This document shows, piece after piece, positions 11,476 to 22,455 of a stretch of 34,147 nucleotides of DNA. Origin of the DNA: Craspedostauros australis (taxonomy: Eukaryota); the NCBI GenBank assembly GCA_030167865.1, contig JALAGF010003302.1, positions 1-34,147 on the forward strand, in the 5' to 3' direction. The first letter of the stretch is position 1. Each line of letters starts with the position of its first letter. Position numbers and translations under genes: made by a program. The notes below the pieces were generated by a model, which did no database searches, was not told the DNA's origin, and saw only the letters and a program-made list of their open reading frames with translations.

Positions 11476-11725
11476 TCAAGGAGCACCAATGGAAAGGAAG
11501 CCAAGATGGCCAGCAAGGTGCGAACGAACGCAAGAAGTGCTCCAAGTGAGGGTCCAAGCGAGGATCGAAGCAGTACGAGTATCATACAGCATCTTAGGCT
11601 GCACACCCTTACAGTAATTGATAAGTGCAAGACAGAGCTGAGTTTCACGTAGAGCAAGTATGGGTGGAGTAGAAGTTTTGGATTGATCAATCCCAAATGT
11701 AGCAAGCAGAGCTCTACGATGGTGC

Positions 11726-13573
11726 TCATATCGGCGACACCTTCAAGTCGATGCAAACCCTGAGCTGCCTCTTCGCGATGCTGCCGACGTTGGCGACGTG
11801 CAGGACCGTCATCTTCAGTCCGTGCTTGTTGCACATTCCCGATAGCAACGATGTCGTTCGCTCACACGAAGGAAATTCATGGTCTGCGACGAAGTCGTAC
11901 CAGTGACACTCGCCTCCGTTCGGCGTCAAGTACGGCAGGAACACATCCAAGAAGGACGATCCACCATCCCCCATGCCCAGATCACCATCCGTCGCGCCCT
12001 CCTTCGGTCTCGGTGCCAAGATGCGATGGAAGAGATTGGATTGATCCTTGGGGAAGGACGGGACGATGTCCATGACATCGCCTTGCAGAATGATTAGCCG
12101 TTCGGAGGCACCGGCGCACTTCACCGCTTTGTTCCGCTTCAGCATCGCATGAGCGAGATGCGCACAACGCACTGCCACCTCGTTCAGCTCAACGGCGATG
12201 ACGGCAGATGCTTCCGTCCGTCCAGCGATTTGGAGTGCGTCCATTGCGACGCCAGCAAACAACACCAATACGCGCTCTCCTCTTGCCACCTGCTGGCAGA
12301 TCCGCAGCCGCTCCGGTCCCATCCTCGGAGTGAAGAAGGTTCGCTCGAGATCCACGACGCACTTGATACCGTACTCGGTATGCGTCGTGATGAGTGGCGA
12401 TCGCTGTGCTCCTGCCAAGATCCGCAACAATCCAGGTGCCCGTTCGCTGCCTTCCATGTTGGACTCGCGCACGACGACCACCTTGATCGCCTTGTTCTTC
12501 TTCATCATGGCCTTGCCCATCTCTTCCGGTGTGTGCGAGCTGTCGTCGCCATCTGGCAAGGAATGGAGGTATGCGACATCGCCGATGACATCGAAGCTCT
12601 TTGGCATCATGCGTTGCCGCGTTACGTTGTCGCCGCCATCGATCGAGCCGATCAGATCCAGCGCATCCCCTTCATCCTGGCCATGTTGTGCGACATCAAC
12701 AGGAGGACCCATGGCACGTACGCTCTCCACAAACCGATTGATCTTCTCCCAGTTGCGTTCGTGCCTCTCGTTCACGAGCTGCATCAGCCATTGCAACATC
12801 TGCGCGTTCTGCTCATTCACCTCGTTCAGACCGGCACCTTCGTTTGTGCCCCCCTGCTTCTCCGCGTTCGACTTGTTCACTCCGTACGAGTAGAGCGGCG
12901 ATCCCCATCTCGTGCACATCGGCATCTCCAATCCTTCGTCGCCCCAGACCGCAACCAGATAGGTGCGGTCGTTCTTCCACGTCGTCAATCCCACATTCTT
13001 GAATGCCGGTCTGGCTGCGGCCATGAGGGCGGATGCCGCCGCCAACGATCGGCACGCGACATGCAGAATGAATGGCTCATATCTCAGCCAGATGGTTTGG
13101 TCGTTTTCATCTGCATCATGTTGGGCATCGTCATCAACGTTTTGCTCTTTCGGTTGATCAACATCATTTTCAACGTCATTATCAACGTCGCCATTGACAG
13201 TCTCGCTTGACCGTTGCCCGTTGTCCTTGTAATCGTACTGGCCAATCGTGGGGATAGGATCGCCTCCTCCCGATGGATCGGTGTCGATGGTTCCCAAATC
13301 AAAGTACCGCATCGGATCCGAGATCATCTCGTGCGAAATTCGGAACCGTCGGAAGCGCGTGGTCGACTTGCGACCGGGTCCTCTGTACATGAAGGAACGC
13401 CCCGCGCAGGAGCTCGTCGTGTAGCAATCCTCGCGCTCGTTCAGCACCGCGCAGATGTCGACAGCTCGCGGATCGATGCGACCTGCGGATGACTTGTCCC
13501 GTTTGCCCAGGCATTGCGCCTTGGCATTTTCGAAGTCGTTGAATCTCAGCTTCTGCTGCAGGTGAGACGCCAT
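11726..13573 (-). CDS. TYW3: Fusion of a TYW3-type tRNA wybutosine methyltransferase with a Trm5/TYW2 (Met_10)-family SAM-dependent domain
   Basis: N-terminus has DKSSAGRIDP...LN...YTTSSCAGR and WLRYEPFILHVACRSL (TYW3). C-terminus has FDVIGDVAYL, THTEYGI.CVVDLERTFFTPRMGPERLRI, GERVLVLFAGV and AVELN (Trm5/TYW2 family). Single exon, ATG at 13573. Confidence 0.85.
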   Translation of the reverse strand: MASHLQQKLRFNDFENAKAQCLGKRDKSSAGRIDPRAVDICAVLNEREDCYTTSSCAGRSFMYRGPGRKSTTRFRRFRISHEMISDPMRYFDLGTIDTDPSGGGDPIPTIGQYDYKDNGQRSSETVNGDVDNDVENDVDQPKEQNVDDDAQHDADENDQTIWLRYEPFILHVACRSLAAASALMAAARPAFKNVGLTTWKNDRTYLVAVWGDEGLEMPMCTRWGSPLYSYGVNKSNAEKQGGTNEGAGLNEVNEQNAQMLQWLMQLVNERHERNWEKINRFVESVRAMGPPVDVAQHGQDEGDALDLIGSIDGGDNVTRQRMMPKSFDVIGDVAYLHSLPDGDDSSHTPEEMGKAMMKKNKAIKVVVVRESNMEGSERAPGLLRILAGAQRSPLITTHTEYGIKCVVDLERTFFTPRMGPERLRICQQVARGERVLVLFAGVAMDALQIAGRTEASAVIAVELNEVAVRCAHLAHAMLKRNKAVKCAGASERLIILQGDVMDIVPSFPKDQSNLFHRILAPRPKEGATDGDLGMGDGGSSFLDVFLPYLTPNGGECHWYDFVADHEFPSCERTTSLLSGMCNKHGLKMTVLHVANVGSIAKRQLRVCIDLKVSPI

Positions 13574-14503
13574 CACTTGATGCTGTTTTGTCTGCCTGAT
13601 TAGTTGCCTGTCTGTGTCTATCTACTCTATGGATTGTGCGTGTGTTGGTTACGTATGCGAGAATAGGAGTCTGCTCCGCCATGTGTCGTTCAGAAAGGAA
13701 GTCGAGATGATGGAAGAATGATGGAAGAATGGGTGGTTCCGACGTGAGTTGGTCGGTTGGTTGGTTGGTGTTGGGCTCTGGTTGATGGGGCATGCGGTGG
13801 ATTGATTTATTATTCGTACATTTGTGTTGGATATGACATCAAAGGACGCCGTAAAGACGTGTTGCTACCACTGCAAAAGCTGCGGCAACACTAGCAACAA
13901 TCGAAGAAAATACTGTCACAAATCGTTGGTGGCTGCGTGAGTCCATCGAGTCGTCTCACTATCCGTGACTGGGGACTCGGTGGAAGATACCAATCAACAA
14001 ATGGCGCCATCAGCAACTTCGCGCCCAAATTAGCAACTCCTCCAACATCTTGCGTCGTCGTTCAGGCTCCTTGAAGCCCTGGATTCTCTTGCATGATGCA
14101 GCATCATTTGGCATCGTCATCCTTCTTTCAGTCAGCCTCTCGGAGATGTCAGAGTCATCGGTCATCCTGTCCCGGTCACCGCTCTACTAAAACCAAGAGC
14201 GGACATCTCGTGCTTTCGCACGGTGCATGCATGTCATCGTTCACTCTTGCATTGCAGTAGACGACGCAAGTCAAGTAATAGTAAATCATCCTTTCACACT
14301 ATTCCAAGAGTGGTGGCGCAAACACTCAACAACAAGCGACGCATCATCCGCAAACATCACATCACTTTGTATCCATGCACCCACCACCAGTTGTATGCGG
14401 TTATGCCTTCGAGGATTGCACGCAATAATAGTGCATCAAACAATCGCACCACTGTACCATACTCTGCCATCATGGTATTCCATTTCTTCAGAACTGCGGC
14501 ATA

Positions 14504-15235
14504 ATGGACACAGACTTCGCTTCTGCCACTTCTCGCCTTCCTGGTGTTCGGCCACCCATCTGCGGAGGCATTGTCCAACACTCCAACGCCAAGGCCAACA
14601 GCCGCAACTACAATGACCACAACAACTGTAACATTGACAACGGCGCAACCAACACCCCTCTCAAGGCAACATGTGGATCTTGCGATCATCAGTGGCGACA
14701 CGACCGGGCGCTTGCTGCTATTGCAGCGTTGCGCAACGCATCAGCCTCCGCAGGCACAGGGATTGCTTTGTTGAAGTTAACTGAAACGATCCTTTGTGAT
14801 CTGAGATCCAACCAAGATCAAGGCATGATGTCTTGAGACCCTCTGAGGAAGGTTTCGGAAGTACTCAAGAAAGGATTCCCACATGGTCGACAGGAGCTTG
14901 CGGGGTTGTTGACGAAGACATGGAAGCCGCGTCAGCAGCAGGAATGGTTGGCGGGACATGTGCCTGGTGTGGTGTTGGAGATGCCGACGCAAGATGGTGC
15001 GGCTATCGTCCTTTTCACAACAACATACAGGGTTGATCTAGATTCCTCCTTTGGCGCATCGACGCAACCTCTGGCCAAGCCATTGGCCAAAATACTGGAT
15101 GCTAGTGATGATTCTAGTCCCGCCCATGACTTTCCTGACCTCCACACGTACAGTGCACATCTCGCCCCCACTTTTCCCATAGATCTAGCAGGCCGCAACT
15201 CTCATACTAATCAATGCTATCTCTCAGAATATTAG
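14504..15235 (+). pseudogene. Possible disrupted ORF: ~243 codons with one internal TGA
   Basis: ORFs 14504..14836 and 14906..15235 share a frame, and the sequence between them is open apart from TGA 14834-14836. No family was recognised. Confidence 0.25.
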
Positions 15236-15452
15236 CGAACAACATTGATTCTCACACTCCGTCCTATTGATGCAGTTCATCACATGTACTCATTCATCCT
15301 ATTAAATGATTACTTTGGAACGTCTGTGTCAGTTGAGCAATGAAGCACAGCAGAAGGCATGACAAGCCATCACAGAACAGGTTGTGTGAGCTGTCTTGGA
15401 CAATTTTGTCTGTACAAAGTATTGATACCAAGGTTTCCTACTGGTCCGCAAC

Positions 15453-15534
15453 GACGCAGTGGCCGAGCGGTTAAGGCGATCGACTAGAAATCGATTGGGA
15501 TTTTCCCGCGTAGGTTCGAGTCCTGCCTGCGTCG
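15453..15534 (+). tRNA. tRNA-Ser (anticodon AGA), long variable arm
   Basis: Acceptor stem GACGCAG/CTGCGTC with G discriminator. D-arm TGGCCGAGCGGTTAAGGC, anticodon arm ATCGA-CTAGAAA-TCGAT, T-loop GGTTCGAGTCC. 82 nt. Confidence 0.96.
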
Positions 15535-15543
15535 TGACTTACC

Positions 15544-15548
15544 TTTTT
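15544..15548 (+). terminator. Pol III oligo-T terminator of tRNA-Ser
   Basis: TTTTT about 10 nt after the tRNA 3' end. Confidence 0.6.
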
Positions 15549-15846
15549 GGAGAAATTGGCGCCGAATTTCTGACAACATCGTCCGATCTGTTGATGCTTT
15601 TTGACCATCGAGGCGAGGCTGATTCGGAGACTTGGGTAACGGCGGCAGCGGCAGTAACAGGAACGAAACACGCCATGTTGAAAATTAGTGCCAATACACA
15701 TGCACCAGCTTTCCTCCACGTACGCGTAAGTGACGTGTTTCATGTAATCAATTTTCTAAACGTTTGTTCCGTGTTATTGCTGTTTTTGCACCTCCAAGAG
15801 AGGGAGAGCGAGAGCCAACATGCTCGTTACTGATGAGCGACCGCGG

Positions 15847-17417
15847 TTACTGGATGCTCTCGATTGCCTCCACACCTGGAAGCTTGTCTCCGGCCAAGAG
15901 TTCCAGGGTGGCACCTCCTCCGGTGGAGACGTAGGAGACCTCCTTCGTCTTGCCGAAGGCTTCAAGGGCAGCGACGGAATCTCCACCACCGACGACGGTG
16001 ATGCAGTTCTTGTTCTTCGTGATGTCGACCAGGATGTCGACGAGCCCTCGCGTTCCGACATCGAATGGCGCGATTTCGAACACACCGGCAGGTCCGTTGA
16101 AGACGCACTTGGTGACGCCCTGCAGGGCTTCTTCGAACACCTTGACGGTCTTGGGACCCGCGTCCAGTCCCATCCAGCCGTCCTGGATTCCGTCGCATCC
16201 TGGCGCGATGTCGAATGTTTTGGTGTCCTTGATGTCCATGGGACCTGACGGGAAGGAGGCGGAGCAGACAGCATCAACCGGGACAACGAGCTTCTTTCCA
16301 TTCTTCTTTGCCTCCTCTATCAGTTCACGCGCCGTGTCGATCATGGACTCCTCGAGCAGCGACGAGCCGACGTTGACCCCCATGGCCTTGATGAAGGTGA
16401 AGGCCAAGCCTCCACCGAGCACGAGGGTGTCGACGGAGTTGAGCAATCCCTTGATGACGGGCAGCTTGGTGGAGACCTTGGATCCACCGATGATGGCGGC
16501 GACGACGTCTTTCTCACCGAGCTGCGTGAAGTCGAGGTAGTTGAGTTCGGACTGCACGAGCTTTCCAACTCCACAGAGCTTCGCATCCATGAAGGATGGG
16601 ACGCCGCTGACGGATGCGTGGGCTCGGTGGCATGTACCGAACGCATCGTTGATGTAGGCATCCGCGAGTCCAGCAAGTCCCCTGTTTTCCCGTGGAGAAT
16701 GCAATCAGAGCAGAGCAGAGCATTATAGATCGGGGTATGCATGTGTGGTTGGTGGTATTGGTATTTCGCAATCAATGATATCATACAACGGAGAGCGATA
16801 CAACAAAAGGAGAAGTGAGAATGATGCGAATCTGCTTCTCACGATCACATGAAGCACACTCCCAGCGTTCGTAGAACAGGTACATGACGTCATTGAACTG
16901 CCATCACCACCAAGAAAGTGCCATCACAATCGCCCACAAACGAATGAACTTACTTGGCAAAGTCTGGATCGTTCTTTTCCTCCTGCTTGGTGAATCGCAG
17001 GTTCTCGAGCAAGAGGATCTGTCCGCCCTTCTTGTCGAGCCCGGCGACGGCGCTGGTGACCTTGTCGCCCTGGCATTCATTGACGAAGGCGACTGGCGCC
17101 TTGGCCAAGGTCTGCAGACGATCGACGACGTTGCTGAGGGTGAGCTTGGCACGCTGCTTGCCGCCCTCGTCCTCTCCTTTCTGCACGAGCTTGGGTCGTC
17201 CCATGTGCGACATAACGACGGCGTTGTGGGAGCTCTCGAGGATGGCCTGGAGGGTGGGCAGGGCGCCGCGGATGCGGGAATCATCCGTGATTTCGAGGTC
17301 GTCGTTCATGGGGACGTTGAAGTCGACGCGAACGAGGATATTCTTGGCGTCAGTGCCGGATGTGTTGGGTCCCATGGACTCGAGGATGTCGACGACGTTG
17401 CGCTTGCGTGAAAACAT
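15847..17417 (-). CDS. PGK: Phosphoglycerate kinase; exons 17417..16954 and 16681..15847
   Basis: Motifs LVRVDFNVP, SHMGRPK, LLENLRF, YINDAFGTCHRAHAS, GGSKVSTK, GLDAGPKT, NGPAGVFE, GGGDS and STGGGATLELL. A phase-2 intron at 16953..16682 (GTAAGT...CAG) gives DFAK|GLAGL. Confidence 0.97.
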
Positions 17418-19344
17418 GGTTCTGCTTTTGCGTTCGTGCTGTTGGTATAGACACAGAATTGTGGGGGATGCATTTGGTGGCAGGAGGAAGATGAGAGTGG
17501 AGACGAGCAGAATCGCACAGGTGGAATTCAACGATGAGAGTGTGAGAAAGATGAGTATCAATGGAGCCTCTTGCTGACGATGGATGATGGCGGTCGTGGG
17601 TGACGATGAAGCAGAGAGCAGTCATGGATTGCATTCTTTCTCTGCCTTCTTCTGATGTGAATCTTCTTGCTGCGATCTTGATATTTCACCAAGACATGAT
17701 GAATGGAGAGATGGATGTGCGGTATGGTTCTTGGTCTTGCCCACTTTGCGGTCGCTTTGTGCCCAATTGATGGTATTGCAGCCATAGCAGCATGGACATC
17801 GTTCCGACTCACAGAAGATCTTTGGGTGCGCTGCTTTGCGTTTTGCTTGATTGCGTTTCGTTTCTGTTTTTGTGTCTGGTTGCAGTGGATCCATTCTTGT
17901 CGTCATCGTTGCTGGTGACGGTTGTGCGGATGTGTTCGTCTCCCGCATGCCTTGTGTCTGCACGAAGGTGTTGGAATGAGAACACTTGCGTTGCTGGAAC
18001 TGTTCGTGCTGTCACGCCCACACCTCCTCTGAACGCAAGTGCAAACAACACATGATGCCAAAGGAAGAAGAACGAACGATCCGTGTTCTCATTCCAGCCT
18101 CCCCCACGTGTTGCGAAGAAGAAATCCTTCACCATCCGCGTCGATGACAGAGCGGCGTTGCCAAACAGAACACATTCCGCTTCGCGTTTGGTGTCAACAG
18201 CCCAATCAACCCGAATCATCCAACCAGAGCCTTCGAATTTTTGTCATTCGTGATTTCGTCATCCTTTTGCGATGGAATTGCATGGTGTCACCAACATGGT
18301 GGATTGTGTGCGTGTGTGGCTCGAAGTGGTCTGCCTTGACCATCTCTTGCGTTTCCCTTCCATCGAGATCCATCTGCTCTCCTGCACCATCTCTTCCACC
18401 ATCTCTTCCACCCATGACGTCTCCACTCTTCACATGCCCATGGCAAGCAGCACCGCATGCGGATACTCCACCACGGAGAGTCACACTGCACGAGAGTATT
18501 CATTCAATGACCTACCCATTCATCGCTGACCGACACTGTCCCATCGTCCACTTCATTCAGCGTCTCTCCGCACCCTTTCCAGCACAAGGAGAGATCGATT
18601 CCCAGCAAGGAAGCCATGGCGGTGGTATTGTATTGTGGGGCTCCTCGTACTGCTCTACTCTACTCTATTCTATTGTACTCTCGAGTATGCCTCAGTATTG
18701 CTTATTGTTGTTGTTGCTGTTGTCTCTCTTGAACTCTCCACCCAAGAGTAGGTACGTTGCATTCTCTTGTTCGTCTTCTTGTTGTTGTTGTCGTTCATTT
18801 GTTGTGTTTGCCTTTGCCGGAGTTTCGGTGAATCTTGCTGTCAACGCCCGAATCTCATGTTCTGGGTGTGTCAAGCGCGATCACCGACTCTATTGAAATG
18901 AATGGTACTCTACTATGTATGGATAGAGTGTGCAGAGTAGAGCAGAGTACTCTCCCGCAACTTGACCTCGTGATTGGAGAGATAGAAGTTGGTCCTATGC
19001 TTGGACCGTGTTGTTGTTGTTGTCTACCAATAATTGAAGAGAGCAGTTGCTCCGTTGATGCTCTGCTCATCGACGATGGTTTGTCGAGTGTCTTGGGGGG
19101 CAGAATAGAGTACTCCACATAGTATATTAGAATAGAGTTCTCCATGAAGTCATCCATCAGTCGTCCGCCATCTGTCATGGAGCGATACCGTCCTGCATGC
19201 CCAATCATAGCAGCAACATTAGCGAGGCATCACGAATTGCCTCGCTCATTTCCATCTCCATGTTCATACCCGGATTCATCTGTCCATGCCATTCCATGCG
19301 TCTTCATGAGAATAATCCCCTCGTTCAATAGAATCGAGATGTAA

Positions 19345-21446
19345 TCACTGCTTCGGCATCGGTTGATCGGACCATACGAAGGCCTGGAAGACGCGCGGAT
19401 CAAAGTCCGCCATGGACTCCTCCCACGGATGCGTCTCGAGGTACTTCAAGTTGGAGGTGGAGAATTTGGAACAGGCGTACCACTGCAGCAGAACTCGCAG
19501 CGCGTCCGTGCCGTGGCATCTGGTGCGGCTGCCAACTCCCGTGCCGCCTCTTGGCATGCTGTCGATGAGATCGTAGACGGCCGTCGTTGGGGAGGTTGGG
19601 AACTTGACGATGCTGATGACGTGCTCCTTGAAGAAGAGCGTGGCGGCTGCCTTGCGGCCCATCAGGGCATTCTTCTTCGCCTCCATCTCAGCGCCGCCCA
19701 CGCTCGTGTCACATCCATTGTGCAGATACGACACGACGGTCTCGAGATGGTCCGGGTCCAGTATGTTGCCGCCGGTCGCACCCACGAACTTGTGCTGGAA
19801 GAGGAGCTTCGAATCCACCAGATGATCGTGCACGTCGGACGGGATGATGAGCGAACCGGCGCTGAGATGCAGCTTGGCCCGGATCTTGCGCAGCAGCGGC
19901 ACGCACGCCTGGTCGATCACCTGGTTGGCAAGGGGCGTGGTGAGTCCGGTCGATGTCTCCAAATGCCGCGATGCACACAGGGCAGAAATAACAGTGCAGC
20001 CGTTGGTGCTGCCATTCGCACGGCCCTGGTACGTGCCCAACCTCGACACCTCTATCTTCTTCGATCGCTGGAACTCTTCGTACTGGCGAGTCGCGTGATC
20101 CTTGATTTGGCGTATGCTCATCCTCCTCTTCTTTTTTCGCTTGACCTTCTTGCCCGAGCTGGTGCCGTTCGTGGACCCGGTCACCTGGTGATACGAAGGT
20201 GGACCGGATTCCCTGTGCTTCTTGTTGTTTGGCGGGATGAGCTTGACCTGGTTGGTCGCGGAGAAGGAGACTGACTTTTTGGGTTTGTCATCATCTCGTT
20301 CACGCGCGCCAGGACCGAAGTAGGACGACTGCCTGAGCGCGGAAGCCTGATTGTAAGAGGGTGGCGGCGGTGGCATTTGCGATCCATCATCACCACCGTG
20401 TTCATGATCATCGTCGTCGTCGTCCTCGTCGCTGCTGACATCTTCGACAATCGGGGGTTGCACTGGTTGCAATTGCGACAGATCGGTGGGTGTGTCTGGA
20501 GGCGGCGGAACAGGCCGCAAGGTCGAGACCGGCCGGTTCCCACCCTGCAGTGCCGCCAGCTTGGCAAACGCCGATTGCTCCACAGTCGCGGCTGAAGGAC
20601 GGCTGCTGCTGCTACTAGTTGCGTTGGTGGGCATTTGGTATGCCTCGAACCGCGCGAGGAGCTCCGCAGTGCGCTTCGCCTCTGCCTCCGCTTCCTTCTG
20701 CTTGCGGATGCGCTCCTTTTCGATTTCTTCCGCGTCCATGAGATCTGCAATATGTTCGAGCTGAGTGATGACGCTGGTGAGGTTCCTGGTCGTCTTTTTC
20801 CTCACGGAAGCATACTTGGCGAGTTTGTAGTAATCATGCTTCGGCAGCTGCTCCACACAGAATGTACTGTACCGCCAACCATACACGAATGCGTTGTCCA
20901 GTTCTTTGTTTGTCACCGCATGTTCAAACGCCGCCACGAGCTGTGCAACAAGTTGGATGGTATCGTAGTGAATGGATTGAAGCGGCGGGAAGCACCAAAG
21001 GTGTTAATAGCGGCACGAATAATCAGGAAGAGAGATGGAGAGATGGTCGAGAGGTGAGCAAGTTGGTATCAGATGGTGAATGGTGGATAGGGAATGGTCA
21101 GTTGTCAAAGTTGAAAGATGGCAGGATCATCGCACGCCATCACCCAAGTAAAGAGAGCCAATGCACTTTGGTACATCCCAACACACGAATGTGCGTAACC
21201 CTCGTTGGATGTGTCAAAGTGCAATGCCTTATCAAGGCTTGATCAACGCAGACGGAGCGCACAGGCCAAAACACGGAGCGCAACACAAAGCGCAGCACTC
21301 GCCGCTTGCGAACGCACCTTCTCGGACGCATTGAAGTAGGTCTCCAGCGGGAAGAAGCTGCTGACTTCAGGCGTGGATCCCTGGTCCGCTTCCCGCAGCG
21401 AGCGTCGCCTCGCGGAGGACGGTCGGTCGTTCGTTGCCTCCACCAT
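19345..21446 (-). CDS. USP8/AMSH N-terminal (USP8_dimer/MIT-like) domain protein with a C-terminal papain-like Cys-His-Asp domain; exons 21446..21318 and 20940..19345
   Basis: N-terminus FPLETYFNASEK|LVAAFE...LDNAFVYGWRYSTFCVEQLPKHDYY matches the AMSH/USP8 N-terminal pattern. Intron 21317..20941 is GTGCGT...CAG, phase 0. C-terminus has YQGR..NGCTVIS, KEHVISIVK and YDLIDS. Confidence 0.75.
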
Positions 21447-22455
21447 GGTCACCTCCTCCTTGCCTTCGCTCTTGGTTGTGTTGGTGCGTGCTGTGCTGTG
21501 CCTTTCCTCTTGGAGCTATTCTATATTTCGCACTCAAACACGCACTCGCAGTTTGTTTACCCTCACTTCGTCAAGCGCAAACACAAGCACAGGAACGCTT
21601 TTGTTGTTCCTCTGACTTCAACCAACTCTGCCTTTGCTCTGATCTATCCCGCTCCGCTCTGAACGTATCCAATCGAAGCACCAGCACGAGCACAAGTGGG
21701 GACTGTTCCGCTTCGAGGCTGTCTTCTTTGATGTCCTGTCTTCTCTGTTGCGTTTGTGTTGATTGTGTTCGCCTGTTGCGTGCGACCTCTGTTTGTTTCG
21801 TTGTTGTTCTTGAATATGAAATGTCCGTGCATGGCAAATACCATAATATGTCCTTTGAATACGAGAATGACTTCCAAACACGGGCTGTCAATCTGGGTCG
21901 TGCTTGGATCGTGGGATGGAACCAAATGGAAACAAGAAATGTTTGCGGCAGGGAGACGCAACGAGGTGGGGGAGAAAATTCGGTTCAGTTGGAGCCTCCA
22001 CGATTTCTTCCTCTCTCTCTCTGTCCACAGACATCAACGCGACAATGTTGTGACAACATTGGCAGACAGATACTCCGCTAATATTATAGAATACGTTGGA
22101 GTATGGTATTCTAGTTGCCAATGACTTGGAGCAACCTGCCTGATGTACATCGATGCCCTATTATTCTTGCTGCGGCTCGTTCTTTTACTGACAAACCGCA
22201 TTGGGAATCTGTTGATGAACTACGTACAATAGCGTGCGAATAGCAGAGGAGTGTAGATGAATGCTGTGCCATTCTCGGACTTGGACATTCATTCTTTCCT
22301 CAATGCTTCCTGCGACTGTGACGATTTCCTTGGTCCATGGTCATATGCTCCATTTTCTGGTTTGACCGATGAGTGCGCCAGAGAATGCCTCTTGGAATCC
22401 ATACGTGTTGGTATCGTACATGCGAGTACTGGTGGAGATTGCCGTGACAATAGCT

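Noticed and set aside
11052-11834. 260-aa minus-strand ORF with GD-rich repeats
   Set aside because: It is the antisense reading of the Pro/Ser tandem repeat of the M11 gene.
12149-13210. 353-aa plus-strand ORF
   Set aside because: Antisense shadow of the TYW3 fusion, caused by codon bias.
11726-15534. Functional link between the tRNA-modifying gene and the nearby tRNA
   Set aside because: Wyosine derivatives occur on tRNA-Phe and the neighbour is tRNA-Ser(AGA), so the proximity is likely coincidental.
18039-18896. 285-aa plus-strand ORF
   Set aside because: Non-ATG start, composition driven by simple repeats, and no recognisable motif.
19363-20274. 303-aa plus-strand ORF
   Set aside because: Antisense shadow of the USP8-domain gene.
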